DNA of 64,000 nucleotides, taken from the NCBI GenBank assembly GCA_965248265.1, contig CBDFJF010000001.1, forward strand, positions 2,784,001 through 2,848,000. The letters run 5' to 3'. Below the pieces are notes generated by a model. That model searched no databases. It was not told the origin of the DNA and saw only the letters and a list, made by a program, of their open reading frames with translations. The position numbers were made by a program, and so were the translations under genes. The DNA comes from Candidatus Latescibacterota bacterium. Its GTDB lineage: Bacteria > Latescibacterota > UBA2968 > UBA8231. Positions within the stretch are counted from its first letter, which is position 1; each line of letters starts with the position of its first letter. Shown piece after piece: positions 16,622 to 25,651 of this stretch.

Positions 16622-18841
16622 TTAGTCTGCCGCCACCATCACGTTGTCATAGTAGAGCAGTGCCGCTGAGTAACCGTAGAGTCCCGGACTACCTTGGCGA
16701 TTGGGCAGGGGATCCGTGGCCGTGATCGTCCATTGTTCCGGCTCATCCGCGTCCCTCCTCCACACCTTTCCGCGAACGACGGCCTCCCCGGACTCGGTGT
16801 CGACCCGCATCTTCACCGTGTACCACACGCCCATTTCCCAGACAAAATCGATGGTCTTCTCCATGCGAAGAGCCGCCGCCCATGACCGCACCTGCAGCCG
16901 CTGATGGTTTCCCATCAGGTCGAGGGTGTAGCGTTGCGCGATCAGCCCGACGTCGGGACGATTGCGCTTGCCCTGCGTCCCCATGACATCCGCCTGCACG
17001 GTGTAACCGGACATCGACGGAGGACCGATGTAGACGTTCGACCGCTGCAGGCCCCGTTTGGCCAGACCCTTCATGAGAACGCGCTCTCCGTCAAGGTCGA
17101 CGACGGAGAACTTGCCGCCTCCGGAGCCGATCCAGGAGGCGGGAGCCGGGTTGGATCCGGCTTCAGCGCTCATGCTGTCAAACGTCTCTGCCTGGTCACC
17201 GGAAGGCACCACTCGAACTCGAGCACGACTGGTTGCCGAACTCCCTTTGAGCTGCACCACGATGGTGCCGACTGAGCGACCAGCCGTTGCCGTGAAGACT
17301 CCACGGTCTAGGCTGCCTGACAGATCTTCCAGCGCCCACTCCAGGTTGTCGTCCTCGCTCATGGAGACGGGCGATCCGGTGTCATCGAATCCCCTCACTT
17401 CGAAGCGCGCCGTCGCCCCGGAGGGCATCAGCACTTCCGCCGGCACGATCTGGATGTGAGTTGGATGATTCGGGGAAACCGCTGCCGTTGCCACATCAGA
17501 CGCTGGAACCGCTGGCTTGTCATTCCCGTTGCCCAGACAGTACAGCCCCTCTTCGGTGGCGAAGTAGACGTTGCCGTAGCCTACCGCAGGTGAGCCAAAA
17601 ATTTCGGCGGCTCGACCATCCGACGTGGTGATCTGGTCACTGTCGAGGACGGATGCCGCGTCTTCGCTGACGTCCAGGATCTTCAACGTGCCATTCACTT
17701 CGGGGACGAACAATTTGCCATCCGCCCACACAGGCGATCCCTTGCCCACCCGGCCGACATTTTGTACCCACTGTTCCTCGCCGCTGGTCGCATCCAGGCA
17801 GTGCAGGTTGGCCGAGTTGTCGACGATGTAGAGCAGGCCATCATGAACGACAGGCGAGGTGTAGCCGGCCGGTACGCCGTCAGCGCGCCAGACCTCATGG
17901 CTGGCCGTCAGGTCGCCGGTTCCGCTACCGTCAATGCAGACGACGCGCCCCATGGTGGTCGTGTCCAGATTCTCCTCGCTGTGCGCGGCGTAGACTCGAT
18001 CTCCAGCGACCACGACGGATACGTTGAGGCCTCTGTTACTGAGACCAAAACCCCACACTTTGCGACCGGTGTGGACTTCAATCCCGTACACGGCGCCATC
18101 GGCATTGCCGCCGATGAGCAGGCGGCGGCCATCGATCTGGGCCATCACCGGAGTCGAGTAGGTCGTATCAAGTGGACGACCACCCGGTGTGGAAATCCAG
18201 ACGACGTCGCCACTGCGCTTGTCGAAAGCGAAGTAACGATGCCGCGGCACAGCCTGTTCACCCCAGCTGCTGTTGAGAAAGCTGACGATGACCAGGTCGC
18301 CATCCACGACTGGCGTGTGGATGCGACCGCCATAACCGGAGATGCGGCGGAACTCTTCGGTCAACGAGCGCGACCAGACGACCTCGCCGTCTCTGTCGTA
18401 GCACAGCAACAACCCCTGGACGCCGTGGACGTAGAGGTTGCCCGTTTCGGGATCAGCCGCCGGACTCGACCAGCCGACTCTGTTGAAGGGAATCGTGGTG
18501 TGGAAGACGTTGAAGCGATGCTCCCACAGCAATTCGCCGGTGAAGGCATCGTAGCAAGCGGTGCGTTCCTGCCTTTTAATGCCCTCGCCAACGCGCCCGA
18601 GTGCGCAGACCCTGCCATCGACGATGACAGGAGTGGACCGTCCTGTGAATGGCACCTTCCACAATTGGCCGTCGCCATCGACGCTCCAGGTATCGACCAG
18701 CCCGGTCTCGAGTGATACACCGCTTTGATGCGGTCCTCTCCAACCGGGCCATTGCGCGGGCGCCGGAGCGGTAGCGGCGCCAACCAGGATGGCGCCAAAG
18801 GCCAGCATCGTCGACAGTCGCGTGGTCCTGAAAGGCTTCAT
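16622..18841 (-). CDS. Secreted PQQ-like beta-propeller protein with C-terminal Ig-like and beta-sandwich domains
   Basis: Start MKPFRTTR (ATG 18841) with a signal peptide; WPGWRGP; STP blades; about 280 aa beta-rich C-terminal extension. Confidence 0.82.
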   Translation of the reverse strand: MKPFRTTRLSTMLAFGAILVGAATAPAPAQWPGWRGPHQSGVSLETGLVDTWSVDGDGQLWKVPFTGRSTPVIVDGRVCALGRVGEGIKRQERTACYDAFTGELLWEHRFNVFHTTIPFNRVGWSSPAADPETGNLYVHGVQGLLLCYDRDGEVVWSRSLTEEFRRISGYGGRIHTPVVDGDLVIVSFLNSSWGEQAVPRHRYFAFDKRSGDVVWISTPGGRPLDTTYSTPVMAQIDGRRLLIGGNADGAVYGIEVHTGRKVWGFGLSNRGLNVSVVVAGDRVYAAHSEENLDTTTMGRVVCIDGSGTGDLTASHEVWRADGVPAGYTSPVVHDGLLYIVDNSANLHCLDATSGEEQWVQNVGRVGKGSPVWADGKLFVPEVNGTLKILDVSEDAASVLDSDQITTSDGRAAEIFGSPAVGYGNVYFATEEGLYCLGNGNDKPAVPASDVATAAVSPNHPTHIQIVPAEVLMPSGATARFEVRGFDDTGSPVSMSEDDNLEWALEDLSGSLDRGVFTATAGRSVGTIVVQLKGSSATSRARVRVVPSGDQAETFDSMSAEAGSNPAPASWIGSGGGKFSVVDLDGERVLMKGLAKRGLQRSNVYIGPPSMSGYTVQADVMGTQGKRNRPDVGLIAQRYTLDLMGNHQRLQVRSWAAALRMEKTIDFVWEMGVWYTVKMRVDTESGEAVVRGKVWRRDADEPEQWTITATDPLPNRQGSPGLYGYSAALLYYDNVMVAAD

Positions 18842-18845
18842 GGGA

Positions 18846-20645
18846 TTACCAGTTTGTGAATGAGCCGTCATCCCGGCTCATGCGATACACTCCATCCTGT
18901 GCCACCTCGAAACGTCCTTCGGCTGCCATCGTCTCGTCGATCTCGACGCCCAGCCCCGGAGAATCAGGGACCGACAGGTAGCCGTCGTCGAAGGTTACTT
19001 GGGTGCTGAACACATCCTTCAGCACCGAACCCGGAACCCTGGGTAGCTCCTGTACACCGACCAGGGGACTCGCCAGACACAGATGCAGACTGGCCGCCGT
19101 GTTCACTGGTCCGAGGGGATTGTGGGGTGCAATAGCAATGTAGTGGGTTTCGCACCAACCAGCGATTTTGCGCGCCTCCGAAAACCCGCCGCACAGAGAA
19201 ATATCCAGCCGGCAATAATCCATCAGTTCCTCTTCAATGACTTCGCGGAAAGCCCACTTGCCAGCGAACTGCTCACCTATGGCAAGGGGCACCGAAGTCT
19301 GCCGACGCAGATTTTTGAGGCTCGCCGGATTCTCACTGCGCAGCGGATCCTCCACGAAGAATGGGCGGAACTCCTCCACGCCGCGGCAAAACTGAATGGC
19401 GGCCGGGGGATCCAACCTGGTATGCACGTCGATGAGAATCTCCACCTCATCGCCAACTGCTTCCCGTACTGCCCGAGCCGCCTCGATTCCGTGGTTGACT
19501 GCCCTGGTCGACTCCAACAGCTCCGCTCCGGCCGGATCGTTCACCGACCAGCGCAGGAACTTCCATCCCTCGTCGACTTTTTCATGACAGGCCGTGACTA
19601 GGGCATCGAGGTCGCCGGTATCGGAAACATGGGGATAACACACCACCCGGTCCCGGACTCTACCACCGAGCAGTTCGTACACGGGAACGCCAAGTGCCTT
19701 CGCTTTGATGTCCCACAGCGCCGTGTCTACGGCACTGACCGCCGCCGTCTGCACCAGTCCTCCGGGGAAAAACCCTCCCCGAAACATCACCTGCCACAGG
19801 TGCTCGATACGAAACGGATCCTGGCCGACCAGGTCGACGCTGAAGGCATGCAAGACCTCGGCCGCCGCACCGACCCTGCTGGCCAGGCCGATCTCGCCGA
19901 GTCCGTATAGGCCGGAGTCGGTCTCGATTTTGACGAAACCATAATTATGAGTGCCCTCGCGGACGAGAATTGGTTTGATCGCCGTGATCTTCATCGTCTC
20001 TACCGTTGTTGAACTGAGTGCTGGACGTTCGAGGTCAATCGCCGGTTGCGGCAAGAGCCGATCGCGCAGGTCGTCGAGGGGAAACGCGGGGCCGGGGTCG
20101 TCTTTGCGATCGGGGGCGATCTCCTCATGGCCGAGTATCTGCGAAATTCCGTAGTGTCTCACCAGCAGTGCACATAGCTGCTCCACCACAGCCACCTGCA
20201 CCGCTGGAAAGCTGTGCCAGTGAGAGGATACCGATTCGTTGCGATGAATGGCCTCGACAACATCTTCTTCGGCGTAGGCCTTACCGAACCAGGATAGATA
20301 GTCCCCCCCGTCGCGGAGCTGCAGACGACCAGGATTGTCAACTTCGATGCCGATGGAATAGTCGTTGAGGCCGCTGCGACCCTGCCATGTGCTCTTGCCT
20401 GCGTGCCAGCCGACGGTGTCGAAGGGGAGCAGCTGGGTGACGGTCCCGTCTCGGGCAACGACCAGATGCGCCGACACCTTGCGTTCGGTATCACACAGGG
20501 TATCGATCGCCGACTGGGCGTTGGCGCCGGCAGTATAATGGATGATGATGGTGTCGAGGTCCCCGGGACCGAAGTGGCCACCTCGATTGGGTGAGTCGGC
20601 GTGCCCGATGCCCTCTCCCGACAGTCTGTGTTCGCGAATGCGCAC
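18846..20645 (-). CDS. Fusion of N-acetylmuramoyl-L-alanine amidase (Amidase_2/AmpD) and a mandelate racemase/galactonate dehydratase-like enolase
   Basis: N-terminal IIIHYTAG, SAHLVV, WHAG, SIGIE, GHEEIAPDRKDDPG. C-terminal MKITAIK..., DTALWDIKAK, DVH, EDP, GEQ, HN, PGLGVEID. Confidence 0.8.
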   Translation of the reverse strand: MRIREHRLSGEGIGHADSPNRGGHFGPGDLDTIIIHYTAGANAQSAIDTLCDTERKVSAHLVVARDGTVTQLLPFDTVGWHAGKSTWQGRSGLNDYSIGIEVDNPGRLQLRDGGDYLSWFGKAYAEEDVVEAIHRNESVSSHWHSFPAVQVAVVEQLCALLVRHYGISQILGHEEIAPDRKDDPGPAFPLDDLRDRLLPQPAIDLERPALSSTTVETMKITAIKPILVREGTHNYGFVKIETDSGLYGLGEIGLASRVGAAAEVLHAFSVDLVGQDPFRIEHLWQVMFRGGFFPGGLVQTAAVSAVDTALWDIKAKALGVPVYELLGGRVRDRVVCYPHVSDTGDLDALVTACHEKVDEGWKFLRWSVNDPAGAELLESTRAVNHGIEAARAVREAVGDEVEILIDVHTRLDPPAAIQFCRGVEEFRPFFVEDPLRSENPASLKNLRRQTSVPLAIGEQFAGKWAFREVIEEELMDYCRLDISLCGGFSEARKIAGWCETHYIAIAPHNPLGPVNTAASLHLCLASPLVGVQELPRVPGSVLKDVFSTQVTFDDGYLSVPDSPGLGVEIDETMAAEGRFEVAQDGVYRMSRDDGSFTNW

Positions 20646-20654
20646 GAGGATGTT

Positions 20655-21251
20655 TCAGTCCGAATCGTAGGGCAGGATTTCAATGCTCTGCAGCAGTTCG
20701 GCAGTCTCGTCGAACAAAGCGGCGAACAGCGATCCACCGAGCATGGCCAGATCTTCACGGCCTTCCTCGTGCGCCTGGCATCGTTCGGCGAAAGCCACAC
20801 CGATCTGTCCGGTCAATCCAGAAACTTCGGATGTGGGTGCGTGCACGGCGTTGGTGTAGTAATCCAACCGCTCATGTAAGTCTTCTATCAGATTGCCGTC
20901 GGCTTTATTGGCAATCATTTCCCAGTGATGGTAGTAGCGCTCGAAGATCGCCCGTTTTCCCTCTGAGTCCCCCAACGCCATTTCGGCTCCAAACTCAACA
21001 GCGAATGCACGCAGGAACATGAGTTCCGAAAGCATGGCCTGTGTCGGAACCTCGACGATCTGCGCCATCTCTTCGACGGCCTCCTGTTCAGAAGAGCCTG
21101 CCACACACACCGCCTCCATCAGCAGGGCAGCCAGTTCAACCGGGGTCGCCTGCCGCCTGGTCGAAGGCATCGGCGGCTCCGTGTCTTGGCGCTGTTCGGA
21201 TCGGGTTTCGGAATGGCTGCCATTGCCGTTCGCCACCTGGGAGCTCTTCAC
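20655..21251 (-). CDS. Hypothetical protein (acidic, helical)
   Basis: 198 aa ORF with RBS (AAGGAAG), coupled to the downstream gene; no recognised motif. Confidence 0.65.
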   Translation of the reverse strand: MKSSQVANGNGSHSETRSEQRQDTEPPMPSTRRQATPVELAALLMEAVCVAGSSEQEAVEEMAQIVEVPTQAMLSELMFLRAFAVEFGAEMALGDSEGKRAIFERYYHHWEMIANKADGNLIEDLHERLDYYTNAVHAPTSEVSGLTGQIGVAFAERCQAHEEGREDLAMLGGSLFAALFDETAELLQSIEILPYDSD

Positions 21252-21412
21252 CTGTCTTCCTTTCTGCTCGTCTGCGTCATCCTATACAATACCCAAGTAA
21301 TGCTTGTTTGGCGCAGCCCATCTTTTGCCTAAGAAGCTGCATCTCTCTATCGTTAGCAACAGGTCAACCGTCCCTGCTGCTATCAATCCCCTTCACCGGT
21401 ATCGTGCACTGA

Positions 21413-21808
21413 ATGCTCGATTTTCTCGACAGAGACGCGTTCGAAATCATCTTTAGTTCTGAGGTCATTTTCTGCGCGGTGTTTACCATTTCTCTGTTCA
21501 TCCTCGTCCATTCGGTGCTCTCGTTTCTACGCCATAGCGGTCCGTTGTACAAGCGCATGAACGAGCTCGAAGCCGAAATCAGCGTGCTCGCAGCCGGCAT
21601 ACCGGTGAGGATCGAGGAGATTGCTCAGAGGCGTCGTGAACTCAGTCCGCTGCAGGACGATTTCAAACAGCTGCGGGACTATCACGCCAGGCTCAGCTAC
21701 ATGGCCCAAAAAGCGATGGAGGAAGAGGAAGACAAAGAAAAAGAAGAGGACGACGAGGGTCAGCGCAGCATCCGCCGCCAGCGTCTCGGCCTGGACCGTT
21801 TTATATAG
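21413..21808 (+). CDS. Hypothetical membrane-anchored coiled-coil protein
   Basis: One N-terminal TM helix, heptad-like region, acidic tail; possible TTGCCT-17-TATCGT promoter at 21325-21353. Confidence 0.65.
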   Translation: MLDFLDRDAFEIIFSSEVIFCAVFTISLFILVHSVLSFLRHSGPLYKRMNELEAEISVLAAGIPVRIEEIAQRRRELSPLQDDFKQLRDYHARLSYMAQKAMEEEEDKEKEEDDEGQRSIRRQRLGLDRFI

Positions 21809-21811
21809 TAA

Positions 21812-22501
21812 CTAGAAGAGCTCGCCGGATCCCATGTCGGCGATGATCTCACCTGCTTCTTGATCGACGAACCCGTCCCCGAACACCATCGATTCCAGAT
21901 AGTAGACCCTCTCCCAGGCGATCGGTGTGTGCACGAGAAATCGCACCCTGCCCCCCTTGCCATCGATCCGGCACATCGGGCCGAATGTTTGCGGTCTCTT
22001 TAGATCATTCACCTTCTGCGCCCGATCCAGAATCTCATCGAAACGCACCCCGGTGAAAATGGGCGTCGACTCCAGCCACTCAGCCGCGTGTCGACTCGCC
22101 CGCATGGACCACAATTCGATCACGAAGAAGGTGTACTCGAACAACCCCTGGGGACTCAGTTCGAACTCCAGGTACCGGTATAGCTGATCAACCAGATCGT
22201 CGCGCTCGAGTGGCGCATCGGGATCCGACATCGGAATCCACGAGTCGTCGTCGTCCGGGCGAGCGAACGGCTGGATCGGCAGTACCACCCCGTCATCCGT
22301 CTTCTCCTGGATGTAATCCAGCACGTAGCCCTTCCGCACGTTGACATGTGGAAAAATCTGTACCAACGCATTCACGTCGTCGGGCTTTTCGAACTCCTGC
22401 CACTGAGTGCGAAAAGCCAGGACTTTTGTCAGAATATCGTCAGCTGAAACCTCTGAAATCGACTCGAACATCGCTCCCATTCCGGCGTTGACTACGGACA
22501 A
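21812..22501 (-). CDS. Hypothetical protein
   Basis: 229 aa ORF with genome-typical codon usage; start may be slightly downstream (MGAMF). Confidence 0.65.
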   Translation of the reverse strand: MSVVNAGMGAMFESISEVSADDILTKVLAFRTQWQEFEKPDDVNALVQIFPHVNVRKGYVLDYIQEKTDDGVVLPIQPFARPDDDDSWIPMSDPDAPLERDDLVDQLYRYLEFELSPQGLFEYTFFVIELWSMRASRHAAEWLESTPIFTGVRFDEILDRAQKVNDLKRPQTFGPMCRIDGKGGRVRFLVHTPIAWERVYYLESMVFGDGFVDQEAGEIIADMGSGELF

Positions 22502-22519
22502 AAATAGACCGGCGAGCGA

Positions 22520-22548
22520 TTGACAACAAGCCGCAGTGCCTGTAGTGT
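22520..22548 (+). promoter_or_regulatory. sigma70-type promoter for the PAS kinase
   Basis: TTGACA-17 nt-TAGTGT, 31 nt upstream of ATG 22580. Confidence 0.55.
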
Positions 22549-22579
22549 TGCTCCTTCCAGCACATAGAGTTAGGACATC

Positions 22580-23713
22580 ATGGAAGAGCGCCCCTCAATT
22601 TCTGACCTGCAGCAGCAGATCGCGCAACTGCAACAGCAGATCGCCAAGCTAGAAGGCCTGCCGCCTGAAGATGATCGGGCAACGGCGGAGTCGCTGCCGG
22701 TGGACGCTGGCAGCGATATGCTGTTCCGCAAGATTTTCGAGCACTCCAATGATGCCATCTTTTTGATCGACCCGGACTTGAACGAGACCCTGGACGTCAA
22801 CACTCGGGCCTGTGACATGCTCGAATATCGGCGCGAGGAACTGTTGACCCTGCCGATCTCCGTCATCTTCCCACACGACATGACTCGCTTGCAGGCCTTC
22901 GCTTTGTCGGTTTTGGAACAAGGGCACGGTTGGATAGGTGAGGTTGTGTGCCAGTCACGAACTGGACGCCAGCTGGAAATCGAGATTTCCGCGTCCGAAC
23001 TGTCGCTTTCCGCGGATCACCCATCTTGCATCATCGCCCTGCTGCGTGACATCACAGAGCGCAAGATGACGGAGGCCCGAATCAAGGCATCCTTGGAGGA
23101 GAAGGAAGTCTTGCTCAAGGAGATCCATCACCGCGTCAAGAACAACCTGCAGATCATCTCCAGTCTGTTCGACCTACAGTCTGGCGAGACGACTGACGAG
23201 ACGGTATTGGAGATGTTTCGCGAGTGCCGCAATCGCGTACGGTCGATGGCGATGATACACGAGCGGTTGTACAGTGCTGAAGACCTTGCCCGCATCGACG
23301 CGGCACAATATCTGAGCACGCTGACGAACGACCTGGCTCAAAGCTACGGACTCACCTCTCGTCATGTGAATCTGCGACTGCAGGCCAACGAAGTGTACCT
23401 GGATGTCGACAAAGCCATCCCCTGCGGACTCATCGTCAACGAATTGGTGTCCAACGCCCTCAAGTACGCTTTTCAATCAGAGAGCTGTGGCGAGATCGTT
23501 GTGCAACTTGAACCGGTGGCGAACGATGGGCTGGAATTGACAGTACGCGACAACGGAGTCGGATTTCCAACAGAGATCAATTTCCGCAACACGTCGTCGT
23601 TGGGCCTGCGTCTGGTCAACAGCCTGGTTGACCAGTTGGACGGCGAGATCGAGATGAGTGCGGCAGGCGGGACCTGCTTCGCGATCGTCTTTCCCACGTC
23701 GAAGAAAAAATGA
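22580..23713 (+). CDS. PAS-domain sensor histidine kinase (HisKA_2 type)
   Basis: PAS (IFEHSNDAIF...RDITERK), EIHHRVKNNLQ, NELVSNALKYAF, DNGVG, SLGL. Confidence 0.92.
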   Translation: MEERPSISDLQQQIAQLQQQIAKLEGLPPEDDRATAESLPVDAGSDMLFRKIFEHSNDAIFLIDPDLNETLDVNTRACDMLEYRREELLTLPISVIFPHDMTRLQAFALSVLEQGHGWIGEVVCQSRTGRQLEIEISASELSLSADHPSCIIALLRDITERKMTEARIKASLEEKEVLLKEIHHRVKNNLQIISSLFDLQSGETTDETVLEMFRECRNRVRSMAMIHERLYSAEDLARIDAAQYLSTLTNDLAQSYGLTSRHVNLRLQANEVYLDVDKAIPCGLIVNELVSNALKYAFQSESCGEIVVQLEPVANDGLELTVRDNGVGFPTEINFRNTSSLGLRLVNSLVDQLDGEIEMSAAGGTCFAIVFPTSKKK

Positions 23714-23731
23714 TCGCGGCCGCGACTCTCG

Positions 23732-24889
23732 CTAGATAAGCTGAAGGGCTCTCTGCGAATTGACGAACGCCTGCGTCAACATCGCGCTGCTGCTACGCGA
23801 CAGAATCTGAGCTTTGCTGAGCCTGGAGGTTTCCAGAGCGATATCAGAGTCGCGGAGGGCCGATTCGGATGATTGGATGCTTTCAATTTCGTTTTCGCTG
23901 AATTGGATGCTGTACCCCAGGCGATTCTGCAAAGCGCCTATCCTGCCTCGCTCGCGCGACAGCTTCTCGATGGCGAAATCGATTTTGGCCAGGGCCTCAC
24001 GCGCGCTCAGCTGACTACTGATGGAAACCGACTCCAGATCCAGCGTATCCCCGCTTGCCCTCAGGTCGGGTAGCTCGAAGCTGAGCTGTTTCTGCGATTC
24101 GTTGGTGGGAGCAATCTGGAAATGCCTGCTCTGCCCTTCCCCCACAACCAGCGACTTGCCGGCGAGGTCACCTGACTGGTAGGCGCCCTCAGATGAGCCA
24201 CCGTCACCGCTGAGCGTCACGCGAATCCCGAGACGATCGAAGTTGGCAATCAGCTTGGTACCGGCCGCCACCCGTCCGTTGTCGAGAGGAGTCGACAGAT
24301 CCAAGCTCTGCGAGACAACCCCGTTACCTAGCGTTATTTTCGAATCCTGATCAGAATCAGCGAAGGTGTAAGTACCTTGATCAGCCCCGGACAGCTCCAC
24401 TTTGGTGACGCCGGTGTCAACCTCGTCTGTTACGGCGGTGGACCCCGCTTCGTCAACGGCAATCTGTCCCGCCAGCAGTGCGTCATTGTTGTAGCGTGTC
24501 GCGACAATCAACCGATCGATACCCGAACGAGACTGGTTGAACTCGGCATCCAGGGTTTCGCGTTGGGAGTCCTGGAGATGACCGTTGGCTGCAGCGACGG
24601 CCATCTCGCGCATACGTTCCAGTATCCTGGAAGCCTCCTGCAGTGGCGCTTGTGTCACCTGCAACAGGTCATTGGCGGTTTCTGCGTTGCGCACGTTCTG
24701 ATCCAGCTGAACCAGCTCCGAACGCATCCCCTCCGAGATCGACAACCCAGCCGCATCGTCAGCGGCTCGTTCAATGCGTTGCCCGGATCCCAGTCTGGCG
24801 ACCACATTGGTCGATTCCACTCTGCTTCGAGTGATCGAGCGCCCCACATTCAGAGCCATGATGTTGTTGTTGGTACTTAGCACTGCCAT
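23732..24889 (-). CDS. fliC: Flagellin
   Basis: N-terminal RLGSGQRIERAADDAAGLSISEGMR and C-terminal RGRIGALQNRL...RDSDIALE...QILSRSSSAMLTQA. Confidence 0.9.
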   Translation of the reverse strand: MAVLSTNNNIMALNVGRSITRSRVESTNVVARLGSGQRIERAADDAAGLSISEGMRSELVQLDQNVRNAETANDLLQVTQAPLQEASRILERMREMAVAAANGHLQDSQRETLDAEFNQSRSGIDRLIVATRYNNDALLAGQIAVDEAGSTAVTDEVDTGVTKVELSGADQGTYTFADSDQDSKITLGNGVVSQSLDLSTPLDNGRVAAGTKLIANFDRLGIRVTLSGDGGSSEGAYQSGDLAGKSLVVGEGQSRHFQIAPTNESQKQLSFELPDLRASGDTLDLESVSISSQLSAREALAKIDFAIEKLSRERGRIGALQNRLGYSIQFSENEIESIQSSESALRDSDIALETSRLSKAQILSRSSSAMLTQAFVNSQRALQLI

Positions 24890-24983
24890 CGACCTGCTGT
24901 TAGGTCACGTGGTATCATTTTATTCCACATGATGATACTTAACTCATTGAAATTAAACAACTTACGCACTTCCTACCCCCTGT

Positions 24984-25010
24984 GTATCGGATCGTCCAAT
25001 AGATGCTTTA
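24984..25010 (-). promoter_or_regulatory. sigma28 (FliA) promoter of the flagellin gene
   Basis: Minus strand reads TAAA-N15-TCCGATAC; the consensus is TAAA-N15-GCCGATAA. Confidence 0.7.
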
Positions 25011-25011
25011 G

Positions 25012-25044
25012 AAAAAAGAAACCCCGTCTGAGTGAAAACGGGGT
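25012..25044 (-). terminator. Rho-independent terminator after the zinc-finger gene
   Basis: Minus strand ACCCCGT-loop-ACGGGGT followed by TTCTTTTTT. Confidence 0.7.
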
Positions 25045-25080
25045 CTTGCGGACGATCGCCCTGCTCGGTTGTCTGCTGCT

Positions 25081-25509
25081 TTATTCCCGCCCGATCAGTG
25101 CCTCCAGTCCCGCCATTTCTGTATCGATTGCGTTTGCTCCGGGAGAAAGGCCCGTTCTTTCCCCCATGCGCTGCGACCAGGATTGCTCCAGTCGCTGCAG
25201 GTAACGGGTCGCCGCGGTCAGCTCTTGACCCTTCTGGGTAATCATGCGCTCGTACAACGCCTCGCCAATCACGCCTTCCTCACGAGCCCGTCTGAGGTCC
25301 TCCGCTTCTGTCTTGAGATGGTAGAGCTTCGTTACTTGCTCCATGACGTCCTGTTCCAGGCGGCTGATCGCTCCATCCACATTGAATCCGGCGGCCATCT
25401 TCTTGGCGTTTTCCAGATTGTAATCGTGGTCAAACCGCAAATGCCCGTTGAGGCCCCTTAAGGAGACCTTCTTACCGCACTCCGGACAGATGACTTTGGT
25501 TTCCGCCAT
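25081..25509 (-). CDS. C2H2-type zinc finger plus coiled-coil protein
   Basis: MAETKVICPECGKKVSLRGLNGHLRFDH (C-x2-C-x11-H-x4-H), then a helical coiled-coil region. Confidence 0.7.
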   Translation of the reverse strand: MAETKVICPECGKKVSLRGLNGHLRFDHDYNLENAKKMAAGFNVDGAISRLEQDVMEQVTKLYHLKTEAEDLRRAREEGVIGEALYERMITQKGQELTAATRYLQRLEQSWSQRMGERTGLSPGANAIDTEMAGLEALIGRE

Positions 25510-25651
25510 GACCTGGGATTTTTCGAATAGCGTGCGTAACAAGTTTGTTTACAACTATATAGAATATACCCACCGCGATGGTTTTGCGCTCTGTAGAATC
25601 GGAGGCAGCGCTGTTCTTGACCCCGGATTGGACGGCCGATAGCTTGCGTAT

